Of a stretch of 64,000 nt of DNA, positions 19,596 to 27,925 are shown piece by piece; position 1 is the first letter of the stretch; every line of letters starts with the position of its first letter. The translations under genes were made by a program, and so were the position numbers. This DNA is from an uncultured Gemmatimonadales bacterium (GTDB lineage: Bacteria > Gemmatimonadota > Gemmatimonadetes > Gemmatimonadales > GWC2-71-9), in assembly GCA_963698975.1 (NCBI GenBank), contig CAVOSV010000001.1:738514-802513 (forward strand), given 5' to 3'. The notes under the pieces are model-generated. The model searched no databases and was not told where the DNA came from. It saw nothing but the letters and a program-made list of their open reading frames with translations.

Positions 19596-20153
19596 ATGCA
19601 TGCCCTGTTGAAGAATGCCCTTGTGGGTACAGCCGCGCTGGTGCTGGCCGGCTCCAGCACCGCGATGGCCCAGGCAAACCTGACCTCGAACGTTGCCACC
19701 GTTGCGCTTACCGCGACGAAGGCGGCAACCCTGACGGTCAGCACGAACGTCGGTACCGCGACCCTGGCCAACATCACGGACAACTCCACGGCCAACCAGT
19801 TCACCCCGGTGAGCCTGACCACCGACTGGAACCTCACCGGCGGCTCCTCCGTGCGGATGGTCGGCTGGTTTGCTACCCCGGCACAGGCGCTGGTGAACGG
19901 TACTGACCTGATCCCCTCCTCGAAGGTCGAGGGTCGGGTTAACTCCACGGCGTTTGCTGCCTTCTCCGGCGCTGGTGTGGGCGCCGTCGGTGTAGCCGGC
20001 GGAAGCCTGCAGCTCTTCAGCCAGGCAGTGGCCGCGGGCAGCTACTTTGGCACCCGCACCGACCAGCTGGATCTCCGGTTGAACCTGACCGGCACGACCA
20101 CTATGGCCGGCAACTATACCGGTACGCTCAACCTCCAGGCGATCGTTCAGTAA
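19596..20153 (+). CDS. Secreted fibre-subunit-like protein A (185 aa)
   Basis: GGAG 7 nt upstream of ATG 19596. Signal MHALLKNALVGTAALVLAGSSTAMA|Q. S/T/N/G-rich. C-terminal RTDQLDLRLNLTGTTTMAGNYTGTLNLQAIVQ. Paralogue of the next gene. Confidence 0.75.
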   Translation: MHALLKNALVGTAALVLAGSSTAMAQANLTSNVATVALTATKAATLTVSTNVGTATLANITDNSTANQFTPVSLTTDWNLTGGSSVRMVGWFATPAQALVNGTDLIPSSKVEGRVNSTAFAAFSGAGVGAVGVAGGSLQLFSQAVAAGSYFGTRTDQLDLRLNLTGTTTMAGNYTGTLNLQAIVQ

Positions 20154-20184
20154 GCGACGAACGAAACCACCTGGGCCTGATTGC

Positions 20185-20746
20185 ATGGGCAGACGTACGT
20201 TCGGTCTCTTCTTCGCCCTGAGCGCCTTTCTGGCGCTCGGGGCGAAGGAGCTTTTTGGGCAGGCTCGGATCATTTCCCTGGCAGCAACCTCTCCGGCCGA
20301 CCTCTCTCTCGTGGTCACCTCCGGCGCAATACAGACCATAGCCGGGGTAGCCGATAATGCGGTTAATAGCTTCCCGTCTCCGGTGGTCATTCAGACCACG
20401 TGGAGCGTCAGCCCGGGGCAGACCAACACGGTGAATCTGGTGGCCTATTTCCTGGTTCCGGCACAGGCGCTGGTTGGCGCCACGACGCAAATCCCCTCCA
20501 GCCGGGTGCTGGCGCGGATGTCCACCGGGCTCCCGACCGCGTTCACCCCAATTACGCAGAATGCCTTCGCCGGAGTGGGTACCGCCGGCGGGAGCTCTGC
20601 GACTCTACTCGGTGAACATCGGCGGCGGCAACAAAAACTCGACCCGTACCGACAACCTCGACCTGCAGCTGAATCTGGTAGGCTTCCCCACTCTGCCTGC
20701 CGGGTCGTATACCGGCGTGCTCAACCTCCGAGTGATTACCCAGTGA
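20185..20746 (+). pseudogene. Secreted fibre-subunit-like protein B (paralogue of A), one +1 frame change
   Basis: Signal MGRRTFGLFFALSAFLALGAKELFGQ. An extra t at ~20596 (ggg agc t ctg cga ctc) separates ...GVGTAGGS from LRLYSVNIGGGNKNSTRTDNLDLQLNLVGFPTLPAGSYTGVLNLRVITQ (TGA 20744-20746). Confidence 0.75.
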
Positions 20747-21501
20747 AGCCCGACAGTCGCGCAGCATGGCTGAGTCTCGTGGTCCTCTGCGGCGCCTCGC
20801 TGCCGGTCCGGCCAATCGTTGCGCAATCGATAAGCCCGCCCATCGCTGAGTATCAGGAACGAGCCCGCTCCAGCTTCCAACTCAGGAATGCGTCGATCTT
20901 CCCCCTCACCGTCGTGCTCGAACTCCGCGGCTTCCGCATCTCGGAAGCTGGCGACGTGATCGACGTTCCGCTGGATACCAGCCGGATCCAGGTGAAGCTT
21001 TCAGAGATGAGCTTTCGGCTCCCTCCGAAGGGAAGCCGGACGGTTTTTTATGAGGCCACGAGCGACAGTCTTCCCGCCTGGTTCACGATCCTGAGTGCAA
21101 TGACGGGAGCGCGTACGGAAAACGGGCTGAATGTCCGCATTCTTCTGCCGCACGTGGTCTATCTGAATCAGAAGCAACCGCTCCGAAAGGAAGAGGTTGC
21201 GATTCGCCGGTTCGAGCAGGATCCCGGCACGAATAAGGTCCGGGTCCTGCTAGAGAATCTGGGGCCTCACCTGGGCCGGGTTCATCAAGTGACTGTGAGT
21301 AATCAGGACAAGGTGGGACAACCGGGTGGCGGATTCCCCCTTATGCCTCACAGCCGCCGCTGGGCCGAGCTCGAGTGGGACAGTCCGGCCCAGCCGACCC
21401 ATCTGAGTATCCGCTTCTCCCGGTTTACCGTCGATACCGTCCTTACTCCTGTTGCGGCGTCCCTCGCCGCCGACTCAGGCGCGAGCGCTCTCCGGCCGTG
21501 A
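20743..21501 (+). CDS. Secreted 252-aa protein, candidate periplasmic chaperone-like component
   Basis: GTG 20743 overlaps the upstream TGA (GTGA). Signal VKPDSRAAWLSLVVLCGASLPVRPIVAQ|S. Beta-rich, e.g. SSFQLRNASIFPLTVVLELRGFRI, RTVFYEATSDSLPAWFTIL. I recognise no named family. Confidence 0.65.
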   Translation: MKPDSRAAWLSLVVLCGASLPVRPIVAQSISPPIAEYQERARSSFQLRNASIFPLTVVLELRGFRISEAGDVIDVPLDTSRIQVKLSEMSFRLPPKGSRTVFYEATSDSLPAWFTILSAMTGARTENGLNVRILLPHVVYLNQKQPLRKEEVAIRRFEQDPGTNKVRVLLENLGPHLGRVHQVTVSNQDKVGQPGGGFPLMPHSRRWAELEWDSPAQPTHLSIRFSRFTVDTVLTPVAASLAADSGASALRP

Positions 21502-23141
21502 CCCGCTCGGTCCGCCAATCACGGTTGGCGGGGAAGGTTATCCTTGCCGCGGTTCTGCTGTTCTTTCTTCCCCTCTCCGCTCGGGCCCAGACGGTAGTTG
21601 AGGTACAGGGTGGTGGCTCCTCGCTCTCGGGCGGATACGGAGCAACCGCCAACTTCTGGCGATCCGGAGTGGACGGCTGGGTGGGGTTGGGATATCTGGA
21701 CGGCTTCCGCGCGGGCGCTTTCCTGAGAAGGGCCGCCGGCCATGGGGACACCCTGGGTGTCGGCAACAGCGCCCTGGTCATGCGGCTGCCCACAGACATC
21801 TTCACTCCAGGATACAATCTGCTGGTCCAGGGACTCAGCTACGCCGGCGGAGACCGGCGGACCTCCTACCTGGTTTTCGGCGGTGCCAGCTCGGCGGGAC
21901 TCGGGGCACCGGCCTTTCAGCCGACCGACATCGAGGAGCCGATGGGCGCCGTGTTTCTACGACACTCCATCCAGCCCAACGTCTATTTCACCACCAGCGC
22001 CATCTTTGCTGGTCAGCAGACGGTCCTTCCTGGGGTCGAATGGCAGCCCTCTCGCGACCTGACCACCGGGTTCGTCATCGGGATGGGTTCCAATCACCCC
22101 TACGCCGCATCCAGTGTGTCCATGCGGGAGGGCCGGGTTGGGCTGCTGGCCTCATATGTATGGAGTTCGGATCAGTTCAGGAGAGCGCCGGTTCCGACCC
22201 CGAACCAGACCGAAGTAGACCGGGAGAACCTGACCTTTACCTACGATATCAGTCCCGAGTTCTCCGTCGGTTTCGCCCGGCAAAACTTCGTGCAGGACTC
22301 AGTTCCGGGGAATGCCCTGACTCCATTACGCGCCGTGGGAAACACCGTGTTCGGGGGAGGTCGCTGGCGTGAGCTGCGGCTGACGGCAGGTGTGTATCAC
22401 TCAGAGTCTCAGAATATCAGCAATCTCAGCTCGTACCTGGCAGTCGGACGCGAGCTGACGCGCTGGCTGGACGCCGAGATGTTCCTCCTGCAGAGTCGCC
22501 CGGAAGGACAGCCCACTCTTACTACTCCGCTGGCAAACCTGAGGTGGCGTTTGTCCCCTCACTTCGGGTTAAGCCAGCAGATCGTCTTCCACCATGGTGA
22601 GCCTACCGTGCTGTGCGGCGCCAGCGTCAGGACCAGCTTCGGTGAGTTTGGGCTGGACTATCAGATCGTGCATCAGCCGCTCCAGCCCTTGAGTCCTTTC
22701 CGCAGCGCCTTGAATCTGACCGCGCGGCTGCAGCTGGGGAGTTACTCGACCAATCTGGGCACCTACGTCCGGCCGGATGGAACAGTGGATTACTCCGCCT
22801 CGGGGAGCACGTTCCTGTACATGGGGAGTTTTGGAGGAGTCCAGCCGCAGCAGATTGGCGGGACCATCGCCCGATACGTGGTTCAGGGCACCGTTCGCGA
22901 TGAGTCAGGCAGTCCCGTCGAGGGTGCGGCGGTGAAGCTGAATGATGAGGTGGTGTATACCAACTCAGCCGGAGAGTTCTTTGTCCGGGTTAAGCACCCG
23001 GAACACTACACACTCGCGGTGGCGACCGAGGAATTTCTGCTGCCGGGGCGGTGGGAAGTGGTAAGCGCTCCCACGGCAGTGCTTGCAAGTAATGAGAAGC
23101 AGGTCACCCCTGTCGAGATCGTGCTTCGTCGCGCTCCCTGA
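21498..23141 (+). CDS. Predicted outer-membrane beta-barrel protein with a C-terminal carboxypeptidase-regulatory-like domain (547 aa)
   Basis: GTG 21498 overlaps the upstream TGA (GTGA). Signal ...KVILAAVLLFFLPLSARAQ|T. Alternating beta-strand pattern throughout. C-terminal YVVQGTVRDESGSPVEGAAVKLNDEVVYTNSAGEFFVRV. Confidence 0.65.
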   Translation: MTRSVRQSRLAGKVILAAVLLFFLPLSARAQTVVEVQGGGSSLSGGYGATANFWRSGVDGWVGLGYLDGFRAGAFLRRAAGHGDTLGVGNSALVMRLPTDIFTPGYNLLVQGLSYAGGDRRTSYLVFGGASSAGLGAPAFQPTDIEEPMGAVFLRHSIQPNVYFTTSAIFAGQQTVLPGVEWQPSRDLTTGFVIGMGSNHPYAASSVSMREGRVGLLASYVWSSDQFRRAPVPTPNQTEVDRENLTFTYDISPEFSVGFARQNFVQDSVPGNALTPLRAVGNTVFGGGRWRELRLTAGVYHSESQNISNLSSYLAVGRELTRWLDAEMFLLQSRPEGQPTLTTPLANLRWRLSPHFGLSQQIVFHHGEPTVLCGASVRTSFGEFGLDYQIVHQPLQPLSPFRSALNLTARLQLGSYSTNLGTYVRPDGTVDYSASGSTFLYMGSFGGVQPQQIGGTIARYVVQGTVRDESGSPVEGAAVKLNDEVVYTNSAGEFFVRVKHPEHYTLAVATEEFLLPGRWEVVSAPTAVLASNEKQVTPVEIVLRRAP

Positions 23142-23147
23142 CTCCCA

Positions 23148-23612
23148 TCACTTCACGTCCAACAGCTCGACGTCGAACACCAGCGTTGCCCCCGGCGGGA
23201 TGTCCGGAGGAGCTCCGGCGGTCCCATAACCAAGATCCGGCGGAATGACGAGCTTGCGACGTCCGCCAACCTTCATACCAGCTACGCCTTCGTCCCAGCC
23301 CGCGATCACCTGCCCAGCACCGAGGGTAAATCCGAAAGGCTGATTGCGGTCTCGGCTGCTGTCGAACTTCTCCCCGTTGGGCAGCCAGCCGGTGTAGTGC
23401 ACCGAGACGGTTTTCCCAGCCGTTGCTGTTGTACCGCTTCCAACTGCCACATCCTGGTACCGCAATCCCGAGGGTGTCCTGGTCATGACGGTGGTATCGA
23501 CGCCGAGAGCAGCACTGAAGCCACCAGCGGCAGGCGGACGCTCACGATCCGCTTTGCCGCCACAACCGCTCAGGGCAAGTAGCACCAGCACGGATACTGT
23601 GTTCAGGTTCAT
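23148..23612 (-). CDS. FKBP-type peptidyl-prolyl cis-trans isomerase lipoprotein
   Basis: Lipobox [74 protein letters not shown]. Confidence 0.9.
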   Translation of the reverse strand: MNLNTVSVLVLLALSGCGGKADRERPPAAGGFSAALGVDTTVMTRTPSGLRYQDVAVGSGTTATAGKTVSVHYTGWLPNGEKFDSSRDRNQPFGFTLGAGQVIAGWDEGVAGMKVGGRRKLVIPPDLGYGTAGAPPDIPPGATLVFDVELLDVK

Positions 23613-23666
23613 TCGGAGTCCTGGCCCTCAATGCGCGAATGGCCGCCAGTTGAGCGGCCCTCCCAG

Positions 23667-23740
23667 TCGGGACGGCGGGATTTGAACCCGCGACCCCTGC
23701 AACCCCATTGCAGTGCGCTACCGGACTGCGCCACGTCCCG
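23667..23740 (-). tRNA. tRNA-Pro (anticodon GGG)
   Basis: Hand-folded cloverleaf: acceptor CGGGACG/CGTCCCG, anticodon stem CTGCA/TGCAG with loop AUGGGGU, T-arm GCGGG-TTCAAAT-CCCGC, discriminator A. CCA is not encoded. Confidence 0.9.
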
Positions 23741-24004
23741 AGACTGTTCGAAGAGGCGGAATTGTAGCCCGGGCACTTCGACCACGCTACCCCTCCCGGT
23801 GATGCTGAAATCGCTACGCAGGTGACAATCCCCACCTCCAAAGGAGCCTCTCTCTACAAAATTGACTTACGCGCCCCGGCCGGCCTGAGAGGCAGGCCCG
23901 CGACTTGCGATTATGGCCCGATACGCAAAAAACCGGGCTCCCCAGCCCGGCATTTCGGGGTAGGTGCCGCATGGTGCGGCGCCAAGCGGTAGCGGAGGAG
24001 CCCA

Positions 24005-24178
24005 ATGAGCCATCAGGACGAACGGCCGTGGGAAACCGGTGGAGATCTTCCCTGGGAGAGCTCCGAGGATGAGGATCAGACTGAGAACAATTGGCGGGGA
24101 GATCTTCATTTCGACGACTGGCCTGAGAATCTCGCTGGACCCGAGTACTGGCTGTACAAGAAACAACGCGATGAGTAG
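24005..24178 (+). CDS. 57-aa acidic Trp-rich small protein
   Basis: GGAGGA 7 nt upstream of ATG. MSHQDERPWETGGDLPWESSEDEDQTENNWRGDLHFDDWPENLAGPEYWLYKKQRDE. A strong hairpin follows directly. Below the ORF-track size cutoff. Confidence 0.5.
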   Translation: MSHQDERPWETGGDLPWESSEDEDQTENNWRGDLHFDDWPENLAGPEYWLYKKQRDE

Positions 24179-24195
24179 TCCGACTGCGTACCGGT

Positions 24196-24222
24196 GAGGG
24201 GCCGAGCGATGTTCGGCCCCTC
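24196..24222 (+). terminator. Stem-loop terminator after the small acidic ORF
   Basis: GAGGGGCCGA-gcgatgt-TCGGCCCCTC: 10-bp GC-rich stem, followed by tcggtttc. Confidence 0.65.
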
Positions 24223-24477
24223 TCGGTTTCAGCCCTTTCGATACAATAAAAATCCTCCCCCAATCCTCCCCATAACCCAAGCCGCCTGGTACCTTTCGGT
24301 AAATCTTTGGTATCATTGGACTTAGCCGGGCTTTTATCTGAGCTAAGTCATTGCTAATTTTCAGGTTACCTGGTGGAACCCAAGCAGGCCCGAGATGGTT
24401 TAACCCTCGTGTCGCGGCCAGGAATGAGACTCGGAGGGCTGGCCGAGCCGGCCCACTACAATGAATCGGAGATCGGA

Positions 24478-25518
24478 ATGTCGGACACGAAGGAGCAGGC
24501 TGAGGCTACCGCTCAGTCAAAAGCGTGGGACCCGTTTCAATTGATGGACCGGATGGATGAAGAAGCGCTCCGGCGGGAACTGGAAGGTGTCGCCAGCACC
24601 GACCTGGTCTATGTGGTCCGTGAGGGAGGCCAGGAAGTCGTTGGCCTTTCCAAAACCGGAGTAGACGAATGTTGCATGGCGCTGGTCTCGCAGGGTCAGG
24701 TCATTCGGGAGGAAGATCTCCAATACGAGCTGATCGGCGAAGGCGAGGCACGGGAGGCACTTTTCAAGGTCAAAGCCGCGCGGTTTGCGGTTTCTCCTTC
24801 TGGTCAGGACGTTCGTCTCGATCAGGTAATCGGGGTCAAGCGTCAGGCCCTATACTATGACGCCGTTCCGCTGGACCTAGACGCCAAGGTGCCCAGCAAG
24901 AAATATCGCGGGAAAACTTATCGCGACCTGCTGAGCAGCGACGAAGGCCGGGACTACCTGGGCTGGATGGCTGAGAACTTCAACGATCCCGAGATTCGGG
25001 AATTCGTCCGGAAGATTCTAGGCGGTGAGGACGTGGTGGCGCGCCGGGGACCACAGCTCAATCCGCACTGGTATGAGCACGGCGCCATGAAGGCCGCGCG
25101 GAATGCGCGTTTCCGTCTCATTCCGGGCAACGTGCGCGCGCAGGTCATGGCAACGGCACGGCAATCGGGACAGACCCGAGTCGTCGAGGCGCAGCCGGGT
25201 ACCATCCCCAGTACCGCCCGGGCATTTCCTCTGCCTGCAAGCGTGGCCGCTCGTAGCGAGGTGCCCACCCCCGCGGCTCGAACTAGCGAGCGAGCCGAGG
25301 CCGTAGGGCGGCCGGGACCTTATGCGCCCACTGAAAAACAGGTGGCGTTCTACCAGCGGCTGGCTGCCTCGCCGGTGTTCAGCGAGGAAGAGCGTCAGCG
25401 TGCGCTCGACTGGCTCGGCACCAAGGCCACTCGGCAGACGATCAAGGACCAGATCGACTGGCTCAAGCGTCAGGTGGAAACCCGCAAACCCAGAACGTCC
25501 GGCGAATCGGCAGCGTAG
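24478..25518 (+). CDS. Hypothetical protein (346 aa from ATG 24478), no family recognised
   Basis: MSDTKEQAEATAQSKAWDPFQLMDRMDEEALRRELEG...VVGLSKTGVDECCMAL... C-terminal helical YAPTEKQVAFYQRLAASPVFSEEERQRALDWLGTKATRQTIKDQIDWLKRQ. AT-rich upstream region. The ORF-track start at 24373 is also possible. Confidence 0.6.
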   Translation: MSDTKEQAEATAQSKAWDPFQLMDRMDEEALRRELEGVASTDLVYVVREGGQEVVGLSKTGVDECCMALVSQGQVIREEDLQYELIGEGEAREALFKVKAARFAVSPSGQDVRLDQVIGVKRQALYYDAVPLDLDAKVPSKKYRGKTYRDLLSSDEGRDYLGWMAENFNDPEIREFVRKILGGEDVVARRGPQLNPHWYEHGAMKAARNARFRLIPGNVRAQVMATARQSGQTRVVEAQPGTIPSTARAFPLPASVAARSEVPTPAARTSERAEAVGRPGPYAPTEKQVAFYQRLAASPVFSEEERQRALDWLGTKATRQTIKDQIDWLKRQVETRKPRTSGESAA

Positions 25519-25530
25519 AGATGCGGATGG

Positions 25531-25569
25531 AAGAGGAGGGTGAAAGATGGATCTTTTCACCCTCCTCTT
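25531..25569. terminator. Bidirectional hairpin between convergent genes
   Basis: AAGAGGAGGGTGAAAGA-tgga-TCTTTTCACCCTCCTCTT: ~17-bp stem with one bulge, exactly between the stops at 25518 (+) and 25574 (-). Confidence 0.75.
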
Positions 25570-25573
25570 TATC

Positions 25574-26497
25574 TCATGCCCTGAGGACTGCCAGCGCCAC
25601 ACCGGAAATGATCGCGCTTCCCCCCAAGGCTGTCTGCCATCCAATCGACTCGCCACCGAAGGCCACTCCTATCAGCACTGCAATCAGCGGAGTGACCAGG
25701 GGAATCATGAGCACGCCGGTAACCGCGGTATGGCGGATAAGCCAGTAATACATCAAGAAAGCGATTACTGAGCCCAGAATGGTGAGATAGGCCAGCGCTC
25801 CGAGCGCCACTGGAGTCCACCGAAAGTTGAGCGGGCTTCCCTCCAGCAGCATCCCGCCGATTAGGAGGGGTAAGCATCCCCCCAACATCTGGGTTCCCGC
25901 CAGCACCGCTGGCTCGATGTGGGTGCCCCGGGACTTGACCAGCACGCTGGCGTGAGCGGTGGCCAATGCCGCCGCGATGATGCCTACGCTGGCGGCCAAC
26001 GCGCGCGGACCTCCGGTGCCCAGCTCGCCGGAAAACACCACCGCCACCCCGAGTAAACCCAGTAGCACACCGACGATCTTTCGTCGGGTAAGTGGCTCCG
26101 CACTCAGATAACGGTGGGCCAGGGGAAGGCCGAAGAGCGGTACCGTAGCGCTCAGCAGCGCAGCCAGGCCAGAAGAGATGTACTGCTCGCCCCAGAAAAC
26201 CAGCGCATAATTAAGGGTGATGGTCAGGAATCCGGTGTAGGCCAGCAGCGCCCATTCCCCAGCTGAGCGCGGTAGCCGGATTCGTTGGATCACCACGATT
26301 GCGCCCAGCAACATCGCGGCAAGGGCAAATCGAATTCCCGCGAAGGTAAGGGGCGGCAGGTCTCGGAGTCCGAGCTTGATCGCCAGCCAGGTGGATCCCC
26401 AGATGCCAGCCAAGGCAACCCAGACGATGAGAGCGATTCGCCGACGAGGTCCAGGCGCCTTTAGGATTGAATGCCATGGTCTACTGATCGGCAGCAC
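25574..26497 (-). CDS. EamA/DMT-family transporter (10 TM)
   Basis: Two EamA-like halves. WGSTWLAIKLGL and FAGIRFALAAMLL in the first, SVIAFLMYYWLIRH in the second. Confidence 0.8.
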   Translation of the reverse strand: MLPISRPWHSILKAPGPRRRIALIVWVALAGIWGSTWLAIKLGLRDLPPLTFAGIRFALAAMLLGAIVVIQRIRLPRSAGEWALLAYTGFLTITLNYALVFWGEQYISSGLAALLSATVPLFGLPLAHRYLSAEPLTRRKIVGVLLGLLGVAVVFSGELGTGGPRALAASVGIIAAALATAHASVLVKSRGTHIEPAVLAGTQMLGGCLPLLIGGMLLEGSPLNFRWTPVALGALAYLTILGSVIAFLMYYWLIRHTAVTGVLMIPLVTPLIAVLIGVAFGGESIGWQTALGGSAIISGVALAVLRA

Positions 26498-27734
26498 GGA
26501 TCTCTCGCAGGCTTCGAAGCTCGGGCACCTTCAGCGCCGTCGTCGCCACTACCAGCAAGGTAGCCAACCCTCCGAATACGACCGAGGGGACCGTGCCTAT
26601 CAGCCGGGCCGCGGTGCCGGACTCAAAGGCGCCGAGCTCGTTCGAGCTACCGATGAAGATTGCATTCACCGAGGCCACCCGACCCAGCAGATGGTCGGGG
26701 GTCATCACCTGCAGCAAGGTTGATCGCACCACCACGCTGACGGTGTCGGCCATGCCGCTCAGGGCCAGGAGAGCCGTCGAAAGAAAGAAGTCGCGAGACA
26801 GACCGAACCCGATCATGGCCAGGCCGAACAGAGCCACGCTGACGAAGAGAGTTCGCCCAGCGCGTTGAAGCGGAGGCCGGTGAGCCAGCACCAACGACAT
26901 CAGTACTGCGCCTACAGCGGGTGCCGCTCGAAGGATACCCAGCCCCTCCGGACCGACATGGAGGATCTCCGCCGCAAATACCGGAAGCAGGGCGACGGCA
27001 CCGCCGAACAACACCGAGAACAAATCGAGGGTGAGAGCACCCAGGACCACCGGCTGGCCCCGGACAAACCGGATCCCCGTGGCCAGACTCTGAAGGAAAG
27101 ACTCATCCGCTCGTGCGCTGCGAACAGGGGCGTGCCGCAGCCGGGCCAGCGTCAGCAGCGCCACTCCCATCAGCGCGGTGTCCACACCGTAGGCAGCGCG
27201 AGCACTGCCGAATCCGTACACCAAACCCCCTATAGCCGGGCCGACCACCTCGGCCAACTGCCAGGTAGAGCTGCGCCAGGTGACCGCGTTAGGATAGAGG
27301 TCACGCGGTACCAGCTCCGCTCCCAGGGCAGAACGGGCCGGCTGCAGAAAACTCCGGGCGATTCCACTACAAAAGATGACGAGATAGATCGGCCAGACCC
27401 GGCCCGACCTGATGATGTCGGGCCGGAGCGTAAAGCCGAACAGGGTAAGCGAACACCCCAACAGGACCGCGAGAGCAATCAGCGAGATCCGCAGCCGCTC
27501 GATCCGGTCGGCCACGTGGCCGGCGAATAGGGCGAACCCGATAAACGGCACCGCCTCGGCCAATCCGATCAGACCCAATGAGAGCGGATCGTGGGTCAGC
27601 TCGTAGATCTGCCAGGACACCACCACCGCTTGAATCTGCGTGGCCACGGTCATCGCCAGCATGCTGTAGATGAACCAACGGAAGTTGAGGATGCGAAGCG
27701 CGGCGTAGGGATCGTGGCGGGTGGGTTGGCCCAT
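26481..27734 (-). CDS. MFS transporter (EntS/MFS_3-like)
   Basis: 417 aa, ~12 hydrophobic spans. LRILNFRWFIYSMLAMTVATQIQAVVVSWQIY and FAGHVADRIERLR are typical of this MFS subgroup. Confidence 0.8.
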   Translation of the reverse strand: MGQPTRHDPYAALRILNFRWFIYSMLAMTVATQIQAVVVSWQIYELTHDPLSLGLIGLAEAVPFIGFALFAGHVADRIERLRISLIALAVLLGCSLTLFGFTLRPDIIRSGRVWPIYLVIFCSGIARSFLQPARSALGAELVPRDLYPNAVTWRSSTWQLAEVVGPAIGGLVYGFGSARAAYGVDTALMGVALLTLARLRHAPVRSARADESFLQSLATGIRFVRGQPVVLGALTLDLFSVLFGGAVALLPVFAAEILHVGPEGLGILRAAPAVGAVLMSLVLAHRPPLQRAGRTLFVSVALFGLAMIGFGLSRDFFLSTALLALSGMADTVSVVVRSTLLQVMTPDHLLGRVASVNAIFIGSSNELGAFESGTAARLIGTVPSVVFGGLATLLVVATTALKVPELRSLREIRAADQ

Positions 27735-27925
27735 GCGCGGCGGAAAGTAGCTGCGTTTTGCCGACGCACAAAGAGTTTTGCCTGACCGCGGCTGCCTGCG
27801 GAAGGCTGCAGGTTTCTCTAAGTCATTATCTGCAAAGCCTTGTGGGATTCAAAGTTGTACGGCCCGTTTTGTGCAGCTAGCAGCCCCGCTCGGCAGTACA
27901 ACTCCCGCACTCAATCCTGGCAGGC

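Noticed and set aside
23814-24316. Two overlapping 149-aa minus-strand ORFs in the tRNA-Pro islet.
   Set aside because: They span the plus-strand mini-ORF and its terminator hairpin, have no SD or recognisable motifs, and cross a strongly AT-rich promoter-like stretch.
23613-25570. An integrated mobile element at tRNA-Pro.
   Set aside because: I found no integrase, excisionase or transposase gene and no direct repeat of the tRNA 3' end, so only 'possible remnant' is defensible. Reported as a finding, not as a mobile_element feature.
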